A stretch of 32,000 nt of DNA from Acaryochloris marina S15 (GTDB lineage Bacteria > Cyanobacteriota > Cyanobacteriia > Thermosynechococcales > Thermosynechococcaceae): positions 1-32,000 of the forward strand of contig NZ_CP064924.1 in the NCBI RefSeq assembly GCF_018336915.1, in the 5' to 3' direction. Below, piece after piece: positions 12,353 to 19,449 of this stretch. Position 1 is the first letter of the stretch. The number at the start of each line of letters is the position of its first letter. The position numbers and the translations under genes are program-made. Under the pieces are notes generated by a model, which saw only the letters and a program-made list of their open reading frames with translations, did not search any database and had not been told where the DNA came from.

Positions 12353-13828
12353 TTGGATCACTGGGAGGATCATTTGAAAAGCAATAGCCAGTCAGATAAC
12401 TTCGTCATGGATGCTGTATTAGGTAGCTTTAATCCTCTTAGGCTACATATGAGGCTCAACAACTTTCCTGAGGACAAAGAGGATCCTTCTACCGTACCAA
12501 TAGAAGCTCAAGCAACTATGGTGCATGAATATGCGCACTATCTCCAAATTTTGTTTACAGGCTTTGGACAGATTTCTTGGGATTTTAATAGACAATTAAC
12601 AGGATTTCTCTTTAATGAATGGAATCAGTTATCAAGATCTCAAGGAGTAAAGAGATATTTGCCCCTTGCATATTTATCAAATATTAGCCTCGATAATTTT
12701 ATGCAAGGCTTATTAGTAAATACAGCATCAAAGGATATGCTAAACCTTGCTCGGGCAAGATTCTATCTTTCTAATCCAGAGATAAAGATTTTTGAATTAG
12801 GCATAACAGATCTCAAAAAAGACTGGTTTGTGAACCCAAGAATAAATCTAAAAAATACTACTCATATTTTACAAACCAAAGATATTACCGAAGGTCAAGC
12901 ATATTTTATAGAGTCTGAATTTCTAGAAGTTATGCACAATATACCAAGAAATATAAGTCTAGATAAATCAGCTATTTCTAAACAATATTGGCTTGCTTAT
13001 GAATGGTTTATTGAAATCTGTGGTGAACAGCGGTATAAAGAATTTCCCATTATATGTGACTTAGCTATGCAAACTAGCTGGGAGCATATAAAACCAAAGT
13101 GTATCGATGAATGGCAGGATTCACATCCAGCATGGCGTTTTATAAAACTAACTCTGGCACTAAGTGAATCTGATGAACTTAAATTAAAGGACGATGAAGA
13201 ATGGCCAAATCATTATTCAAGTTATTCATCCTCCCTACTAAATACTTGTCAATACAAATCTCTTGAAGATATATTTATCGAGCGTCTAACATCTTTTGGA
13301 AGAAGACAAGAGCTATTAGAATTAGAGAAAATTATGCAAAGAGGGATGAGATTTAGAATAGACAATAATATGTATGCAGGAAATCCATTATCAGACTTAT
13401 ATTTATGGCAAAAAATATCAAATTCTTTTCCTATCCCATTTGCCCAGATAAATGGAAAAATGAATAGTTTTGGCCCTCAAAGTACTGAATTGAGCAATGA
13501 GATAGTTATAGAACTACAGTTCCAAGCATTTGCCTATCAAATATTAGGTGAATTCTCCAATGAAGCAAAGCAAGAGAAGTCTGTCGAATGTGCATTTTCT
13601 AAATTCAATATATCTCAAGGCTGCGAGTATCAGAGAAGCCATTCTTGTTCAGGTCGATATCAAGTACATGCTGGTCCTCCCCATGCAGTAGAGGTAGATC
13701 GTAATGGAGACTTTACTGGTTGCTCATTTGAAGCGTTATTTCTCAGTGCAGGTTTTCAAAGCACTGATATAGATGTTGACTTTGAAGCTACTCTGCCCAC
13801 CTTTGAGGAAATCAGGCTGGAGAACTAG
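12353..13828 (+). CDS. orphan 491-aa protein with an N-terminal HExxH motif (putative zinc metallopeptidase-like) and a Cys-rich C-terminus
   Basis: This is a long intact ORF in an AT-rich segment. The motif is ..TMVHEYAHYLQ.. at about aa 56-65. The track start is TTG, and the first in-frame ATG is at 12404. I recognised no family. Confidence 0.65.
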   Translation: MDHWEDHLKSNSQSDNFVMDAVLGSFNPLRLHMRLNNFPEDKEDPSTVPIEAQATMVHEYAHYLQILFTGFGQISWDFNRQLTGFLFNEWNQLSRSQGVKRYLPLAYLSNISLDNFMQGLLVNTASKDMLNLARARFYLSNPEIKIFELGITDLKKDWFVNPRINLKNTTHILQTKDITEGQAYFIESEFLEVMHNIPRNISLDKSAISKQYWLAYEWFIEICGEQRYKEFPIICDLAMQTSWEHIKPKCIDEWQDSHPAWRFIKLTLALSESDELKLKDDEEWPNHYSSYSSSLLNTCQYKSLEDIFIERLTSFGRRQELLELEKIMQRGMRFRIDNNMYAGNPLSDLYLWQKISNSFPIPFAQINGKMNSFGPQSTELSNEIVIELQFQAFAYQILGEFSNEAKQEKSVECAFSKFNISQGCEYQRSHSCSGRYQVHAGPPHAVEVDRNGDFTGCSFEALFLSAGFQSTDIDVDFEATLPTFEEIRLEN

Positions 13829-13829
13829 C

Positions 13830-14255
13830 TCGGGGTATGACAACGATTCCTCGGATAGAGGGCCATAGGGCCGGAATGCATTGACAGTAAATGTCCTGGC
13901 TTGCAGTCCTATCAAATCTTGAATATTGCGAGGATAAAAGAATATAAAAATGAGTTCTGAATCAAGGGAAGATCATCCTTTTTGGTGTTTAAGAAATTTG
14001 GGCCATATCACCCTTAAAGATGCCCTTGTAAAGGTTCAGATACCTGTAATCCCTTTGTAAAGGGCAGTTCAACAATACAATCATGTATTTTGATTGATAG
14101 GGTTGAACATCACCTTGGCTTCCAATTCGGAAATGTTAGAGCAATTCTGACTTCTCTTGATTCAAATAAAAATAATATCGAACTCTACAACCTTTATCTA
14201 GTAAGGGTTCATGTCCCTATGGTCCTCCATTCGAGGAATCGTTGCCATACCCCGA
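13830..14255. repeat. inverted-repeat-bounded 426-bp element (MITE-like) abutting the truncated integrase
   Basis: TCGGGGTATGACAACGATTCCTCGGATAGAGGGCCATAGGG (13830-13870) matches the reverse complement of 14215-14255 (CCCTATGGTCCTCCATTCGAGGAATCGTTGCCATACCCCGA) with 4 mismatches over 41 bp. No clear target duplication was seen. Confidence 0.55.
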
Positions 14256-15415
14256 ATAAGGACTGGCACCAGATTACCATGAACGATCTGAAGCGCTACA
14301 AGACTTATCTGGAGTCGGGTCGGGAGTTGAAGCAGGGTTCAGTGGGGGCTGTCCTGATTGCAATCAAGAGTTTCTTTGCCTGGTTAGTTAAGGCAGGGTA
14401 TATCGAGGATAACCCCAGTGCGGCCATTAGTATTCCCGTGACCCCAGAGACCGAGGGAAAGAACCTGGAACTGTTTCAGGTGGAGGCATTATTTGAAGCG
14501 TTGACAGGACGAACCACTGAGATCCGGGACCGAGCGATTCTCTGTTTGATGATCTATGCCGGGTTAAGGGCCGAGGAAATCTCTCTGTTGAATGCCGGGG
14601 ATTATAACGGGGTGGAGATCACGATTCGGCAGGCCAAGCATGGGTCCGTGGGTAAGGTGCCAGTTGATGATCTAACGGATGAAGCCCTAAGAGCGAATCT
14701 CAGAATTCGGATGGTGGACTGTGAGGGAGGTATGACAGCGGATGATCCGCTGTTCGTCTCTACGAGTCATCGAAATAAGGGTCAGCGGTTGGGGTATGAG
14801 GGTATCTATAAGCTGGTCAAGGCTTTGGCCCAGGACGCAGGCTGGCCTGATATTCATCCTCACAAGGGACGGCATACCTATGCCAGTCAGTTGATTGAGA
14901 ATGGCATGGATGCTTACCTGGCGATGACATTGATGCGGCAGCGATCTGTGAAGGCATTCGAGGTCTATTCCCAGAAGGTCAGGTATCGGACGGCTAAAGG
15001 AGTATTTCTGGAAAACAAAGGGGAGATGGAGCGACAGCCCATGTCGCTGGAGGAGCTTGTGATGGCTAGTGAGGTGCCAGTGGCTGAAGAGGCGATTGAG
15101 CTAGAAGTTGTCACTGAGGGGCCTGCGAACTGGCCCAAGATTACTGCGGTGGATCTGCCCTTGAATGCGGTCCAGGTGAGGCTGACCCTAGAGATGTCAG
15201 GGAGGAAGAAGGGTGTGGTCAGGAAGGCGATCGAGGAGCGGGTGCTGAGTCCGTTTCAGATGGTCAAACCTAAGAAGAGGGGGAATGAGTATGAGCTGAC
15301 GGTTGTGGTTGAAGAAGACGATGCGTTGTCTGCTATCACCGATCAGATGCGCTGGGATATGGAGGTGCTGGGGGAGTTAGATGATTGCGAGGTGAATGTG
15401 AAGTGGTTGGATTGA
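14090..15415 (+). CDS. tyrosine recombinase/integrase, 5'-truncated chimeric copy
   Basis: From 14258 (K57-D58, ..KDWHQITMNDLKRYK) to the 3' end, this ORF is collinear with and very similar to the 21504 integrase. Catalytic motifs are present (AGLRAEEIS, HPHKGRHTYAS, FEVYSQ). The first 56 codons start at TTG and are supplied by the IR-bounded element 13830-14255, so they replace part of the core-binding domain. The copy is likely non-functional. Confidence 0.8.
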   Translation: MIDRVEHHLGFQFGNVRAILTSLDSNKNNIELYNLYLVRVHVPMVLHSRNRCHTPNKDWHQITMNDLKRYKTYLESGRELKQGSVGAVLIAIKSFFAWLVKAGYIEDNPSAAISIPVTPETEGKNLELFQVEALFEALTGRTTEIRDRAILCLMIYAGLRAEEISLLNAGDYNGVEITIRQAKHGSVGKVPVDDLTDEALRANLRIRMVDCEGGMTADDPLFVSTSHRNKGQRLGYEGIYKLVKALAQDAGWPDIHPHKGRHTYASQLIENGMDAYLAMTLMRQRSVKAFEVYSQKVRYRTAKGVFLENKGEMERQPMSLEELVMASEVPVAEEAIELEVVTEGPANWPKITAVDLPLNAVQVRLTLEMSGRKKGVVRKAIEERVLSPFQMVKPKKRGNEYELTVVVEEDDALSAITDQMRWDMEVLGELDDCEVNVKWLD

Positions 15416-15433
15416 ATGTTGTTTCCAAAAAAT

Positions 15434-18400
15434 CTAATCCCACTGCCTTAGTCGTTGTTTTTGAACGTGTTTTTCTGCTGCTTCTATACTTTCGTACCAC
15501 TGTGGATATCGTTTGTGTAAGGCAGCCGCGACCTTGTTGCAGTCCCTGTTGATGTCAACCTTGATGTTCTGGGGAAGGGGCGAGTTGCAAATCAATGGAG
15601 GTTTCTTACCCACTAGTTGAGATTGGGTGAGATTGTTTGTCTTACGGAAGTTTGAATTCAACAGAATGGCGCTGCTGAGGTCGGCGCTGCTGAGATCGGC
15701 GCTGCTGAGATCGGCGCTGCTGAGGTCGGCGCTGCTGAAGTTGGCGCTGCTGAGGTAGGCGCTGAAGAGGTTGGCGCTGCTGAGGTTGGCGCTGCGGAGG
15801 TCGGCGCTGCTGAGGTCGGTTCTGCTGAGGTTGGCGCTGCTGAGGTCGGCGCTGCTGAGGTAGGCGCTGCGGAGATTGGCTCTGCGGAGGTAGGCACTGC
15901 TGAGGTAGGCGCTGCTGAGGTAGGCGCTGCTGAGGTCGGCGCTGCGGAGGTTGGCGCTGCTGAGGTCGGCGCTGCTGAGGTCGGCGTTGCGGAGGTAGGC
16001 GCTGCTGAGGTAGGCGCTGCTGAGGTCGGCGCTGCTGAGGTTGGCGCTGCTGAGGTTGGCGCTGCGGAGGTCGGCGCTGCTGAGGCTGGCGCTGCGGAGG
16101 TTGGCGCTGCTGAGGTCGGTGCTGCGGAGGTTGGCGCTGCTGAGGTCGGCGCTGCGGAGGTTAGCGCTGCTGAGGTCGGCGCTGCGGAGGTTGGCGCTGC
16201 GGAGGTCGGTGCTGCTGAGGTCAGCGTTTTCAAGGGGAGCTTGAAACAGTGGACGACAGTTCCCAAATAGCCGCTCTGCAAGATAAATTGGGACCCATGC
16301 CATCTCTTTTTGTTTTTTACATCCTCCCACTAACGCTTCAACTACCAGTTTCTCTTCATAAGTCCCTTCTATATCTAACCGGGCATAATCTCTTTTAACT
16401 GTAACTTCATGAATATTATGCTCAACAACAACAACTAGTAGAATTAAGGCAAAACCGATCACACCAGCTAAACTTAGCTTCTGACGGTGGAGAACTTTCT
16501 CGTATTGACTCCCTTGAAGTAAAGGCTTGAGATCGTCGGGAATTGCTACTGTCAGCAAATATTCCTTTGCCATAAAATCTAGAAAAATATAGTCACGCAG
16601 AGGCGCTTCATCACGAGTCTGACGAGACAGCAATCGCAGTAGTGGATGGGTTAAGTTGGGCAAGGTTCGCTGATACTGCTGAGCAATTTCTAATTGGAGG
16701 GGTCCAATGCCTCCTCTCACTGCTGTTACCATCAGTTGCTGAAAAGCTTGTCGCACCCCCTTATTTTGATCTGGTGTCAAATTCAAGACTAGATAATGTC
16801 TTAGCCAATCAGGAATATATCCATAGCGAAACCAAGGTAAACGCACAAGCTGAGAGAGGGTAGAACCCGACAATAAAGCCCGTCCCTCGGTATTCTGGAG
16901 CACATTACCTAGGTACACTGTTATCGTCCAATGCAGCTCAGGGAATACAGCGCAAGCGGCAAACCAATACAAACCTGACTCACCCAGATACGTGGAGAGT
17001 TCTGCCAACATCTGTTGCCCTTCCTCCGCTTTTGGCGGATACCGTTCTAACCAGCGTCGGGACCGGATCGCTAGCATCTCAGGAAATGGTGTTGAAGGCG
17101 CTTCAGCTAATCGATAGACGGTAGAACCCTTAAGGAAAATTTGTGGAAATGCTGCGATACCTTGGGGGGTTAGGGGCAGTAAAATAAACTGCTGTACCAA
17201 CTTAAATTCCCATTGACTCCAACTTTCTACAGGGTTGGGGGTTAGAATCACCCGTTGTTTCCAGGCTTGAATTAGCTCAAACCAGGGTTCAGGTTCACCT
17301 GTCTGATGGCTAAAAAGAGTCTCAGCTTCGGCCACAATTACTAACCGATCTTTGCTGTATTGATTGAATATGCCTTGTAAGGACTGGGGATATTGGGTGT
17401 GGCGTTCTGGGTAACAAATCTGAGCATCCCCATCAAAAAAATAGCGTTTAATGTAGACTCCGTTTTTTTGGAGTTGTTGAATGAGTTCTTCCGTTAGCTT
17501 GGCTTGGTGATCTGCATAACTGGCCCGATCGATTAAAAATAAATATTCAGGTATAACTTTTTTGGTGCCATAGATCGGGGTGAACCATCCCCCCTGCTTA
17601 ATAGAAGCTAGAAGTGTTTGCTGTATATCCAGAGTATTGGCAATTTGTTGGGTTCGTCGGCGTAGTTTCTGGGCCGTTTGAAAAATAAGGGTTGATGGAA
17701 ACAATGAACTTTCGATACCCTGCATTGAAATCTTCTGGAGTTCAGGGGATTGGTTGCTTTCTCGACGATTGAGAAACTGACGGGCAATTCGATACCACCA
17801 ATAGCGCCAAATCAATAGAACGGCTGAAACTATCCCTAGGAAGAGAAGCACTCTCATTTGAGACCATTGACTTTCACGCATCGAAGCAGGTGGTTCAGGG
17901 GCTTCTAATGAGAACGGATCTGGTTCGCTAGGGAGTGGGCTAGAGGCTGGAGTAGATGAAGGGCTAGGGGCTGGAGTAGATGAAGGGCTAGGGGCTGGAG
18001 TAGATGAAGGGCTAGGGGCTGGAGTAGATGAAGGGCTAGGAATCAGACCTTTGTGTAGTCGGCTGGGTAAAAATAACACGACCCCAGCAACGATGACCAC
18101 TCCCACTAGACGCCGTATGAGTGTCCTCCCCCCCTTTTGAATACGTGCCAAATCTTCCGCCAAGCCCTCAGCGATCTGCTCTGGGGTTTCAGGAGGGCGA
18201 TAATCCTCTAGCTTGAGCTGCTTCGCCCATTCTTCAAATCGCTCTTGAAAATCAATCTGTTCTGTAGCGGAACTGCAAACGATGGGGCCAATAAATGACT
18301 TTAGCTGCCTTAAATCAGACAGTTCTCCTTGAGCAACCAGATTTAAAAGTAGATCTTGAACGGCAATATATTGCTGAATTCCAATGTTGTAATCCGCATC

Positions 18401-18475
18401 ACGCAGATCATCCAAGAACTGCACCACCAGCTCAGATGCTAGTCTTGCTGGAGTGGTTGATTTTCCTGACTCCAT
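15434..18475 (-). CDS. 1013-aa multi-domain membrane protein: CoxE-like N-terminal region, PS-rich linker, MIDAS-less vWA-like core, about 39 pentapeptide repeats, and a short C-terminal domain
   Basis: The ORF is intact and overlaps the upstream AAA+ gene by 37 nt. There are three hydrophobic helices (LVGVVIVAGVVLFLP; VLLFLGIVSAVLLIW; GVIGFALILLVVVV). The N-terminus (FLDDLRDADYNIGIQQYIAVQDLL..EQIDFQERFEEW) and the core (YLFLIDRASYAD..IKRYFFDGD..RLVIVAEAETLF..KQRVILTPNPVESW) follow the pattern I know from CoxE-type vWA partners of MoxR ATPases. The DxSxS and SDG positions are not conserved. Confidence 0.8.
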   Translation of the reverse strand: MESGKSTTPARLASELVVQFLDDLRDADYNIGIQQYIAVQDLLLNLVAQGELSDLRQLKSFIGPIVCSSATEQIDFQERFEEWAKQLKLEDYRPPETPEQIAEGLAEDLARIQKGGRTLIRRLVGVVIVAGVVLFLPSRLHKGLIPSPSSTPAPSPSSTPAPSPSSTPAPSPSSTPASSPLPSEPDPFSLEAPEPPASMRESQWSQMRVLLFLGIVSAVLLIWRYWWYRIARQFLNRRESNQSPELQKISMQGIESSLFPSTLIFQTAQKLRRRTQQIANTLDIQQTLLASIKQGGWFTPIYGTKKVIPEYLFLIDRASYADHQAKLTEELIQQLQKNGVYIKRYFFDGDAQICYPERHTQYPQSLQGIFNQYSKDRLVIVAEAETLFSHQTGEPEPWFELIQAWKQRVILTPNPVESWSQWEFKLVQQFILLPLTPQGIAAFPQIFLKGSTVYRLAEAPSTPFPEMLAIRSRRWLERYPPKAEEGQQMLAELSTYLGESGLYWFAACAVFPELHWTITVYLGNVLQNTEGRALLSGSTLSQLVRLPWFRYGYIPDWLRHYLVLNLTPDQNKGVRQAFQQLMVTAVRGGIGPLQLEIAQQYQRTLPNLTHPLLRLLSRQTRDEAPLRDYIFLDFMAKEYLLTVAIPDDLKPLLQGSQYEKVLHRQKLSLAGVIGFALILLVVVVEHNIHEVTVKRDYARLDIEGTYEEKLVVEALVGGCKKQKEMAWVPIYLAERLFGNCRPLFQAPLENADLSSTDLRSANLRSADLSSANLRSADLSSANLRSTDLSSANLRSASLSSADLRSANLSSANLSSADLSSAYLSSAYLRNADLSSADLSSANLRSADLSSAYLSSAYLSSAYLRRANLRSAYLSSADLSSANLSRTDLSSADLRSANLSSANLFSAYLSSANFSSADLSSADLSSADLSSADLSSAILLNSNFRKTNNLTQSQLVGKKPPLICNSPLPQNIKVDINRDCNKVAAALHKRYPQWYESIEAAEKHVQKQRLRQWD
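15665..16226 (-). repeat. about 38 tandem 15-nt units encoding A(D/N/Y)L(S/R)S pentapeptides
   Basis: The plus strand reads GCTGCTGAGGTCGGC and its variants. The codons are almost fixed (GCC, CTC, AGC). Variation is essentially limited to (G/A/T)AC and (A/C)GC. Confidence 0.95.
17937..18040 (-). repeat. 4.3 tandem copies of a 24-bp unit encoding (PSPSSTPA)n
   Basis: GGGCTAG(A/G)GGCTGGAGTAGATGAA is repeated head to tail. It lies between the first two hydrophobic helices of the 1013-aa protein. Confidence 0.95.
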
Positions 18476-19449
18476 CGTTCAATGACACCTCTAGCTTTGG
18501 GGATATCTTCAGCCGTTTTAATCAAACTACTCAAAGTCTTCAATACAAGACTTTGGTCTTCTAACGGGTTAGATTTGCCCTCTCCAAACCGCTGCAGTGT
18601 CAAAATCCAGCCCAGTAGTTCAGCCGTTGCAGGCTTTTTACGCAAGCCATTCTCAGGGGCACGTAAGCGATCAAATATATCCAATGCTGTTCTCAAAAAA
18701 GCATTATTGACATCGGTATTCGTTCCTAAATGGCTGGCGATAATATGCGTTAATCGCTCCTTCATGGGGAAGGGCACATTGTAATAAATACAACGCCGTA
18801 GAAAGGCATCTGGCAGGTCTTTTTCAGAGTTGCTAGTGATCACGACCAATGGCTGGAGGGCAGGATCTGCTTCAATCTTGGCATTCTCCAACTCACTGAC
18901 TTTGAAATACAGTTGCTCTAGCTCGTTGAGCAGATCATTGGGGAAGTCCCGTGGGGCTTTGTCTACTTCATCAATCAGTACCACGGAGCGCTGGGGTTGA
19001 AATGATTCAAAATCGGTGGGTAGATATTGTTGAACCTCACCCCACTGTCGAGTACGTAAAATAGCTAAACCCAAAGCTTGATAGGAGATGTAGTTTAAGA
19101 TCGTGCTCGATGTCAAACCGCTCTGAATATCTTGAAACCGCTTAAGAGCGTCGTAGGTATAGAACAGATCACGCGCAGAACTATCGGACTTGGTTTCAAA
19201 TTTGAGCGGAGGTTCAAACCCCAATTCCCAGGCCAAGTTATAGGCGAATTGAGTTTTCCCTGTGCCTGGTTCCCCTGTCAGAAGCAAAGGCTGTCCCAGT
19301 AGTAACGCTACATTACATGCATCTCGTAATCCTTCATCTGCGATATAGCTCTCAGGGTTTAGTAATCGAGATCGTTGAGGGATGGGTAAGCTAGCCGCCA
19401 CCTGCCGATGGTTACCACTGGCATCCCCTCGGTAAAATGGGAGTTCCAT
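18439..19449 (-). CDS. AAA+ ATPase, MoxR/CoxD (AAA_5-like) type, 336 aa
   Basis: Walker A is LLLTGEPGTGKTQ, Walker B is VVLIDEVDKA, sensor-1 is VVITSN, and LPDAFLRRC is present. The start overlaps the upstream stop as TAATG. Confidence 0.88.
   Translation of the reverse strand: MELPFYRGDASGNHRQVAASLPIPQRSRLLNPESYIADEGLRDACNVALLLGQPLLLTGEPGTGKTQFAYNLAWELGFEPPLKFETKSDSSARDLFYTYDALKRFQDIQSGLTSSTILNYISYQALGLAILRTRQWGEVQQYLPTDFESFQPQRSVVLIDEVDKAPRDFPNDLLNELEQLYFKVSELENAKIEADPALQPLVVITSNSEKDLPDAFLRRCIYYNVPFPMKERLTHIIASHLGTNTDVNNAFLRTALDIFDRLRAPENGLRKKPATAELLGWILTLQRFGEGKSNPLEDQSLVLKTLSSLIKTAEDIPKARGVIERWSQENQPLQQD

Noticed and set aside
15665-16226. A possible CRISPR array or other non-coding repeat locus
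   Set aside because: The period is 15 nt with no unique spacers, and the repeats lie inside a long ORF encoding canonical pentapeptide repeats.
15665-16226. Diversity-generating-retroelement style mutagenesis, considered because the variable sites are AAC and AGC first positions
   Set aside because: There is no reverse transcriptase, template repeat or accessory gene in the window, and variation is spread over dozens of units rather than one variable region. Gene conversion or expansion is the simpler explanation. This is left as a remote possibility only.
15658-16281. The 207-aa 'PTSAA' ORF on the minus strand and the 67-aa ORF on the plus strand (16041-16244), both overlapping the pentapeptide array
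   Set aside because: These are alternative-frame shadows of a 15-nt tandem repeat. Only the A(D/N)LSS frame is continuous with the 1013-aa ORF and has recognisable flanking domains.
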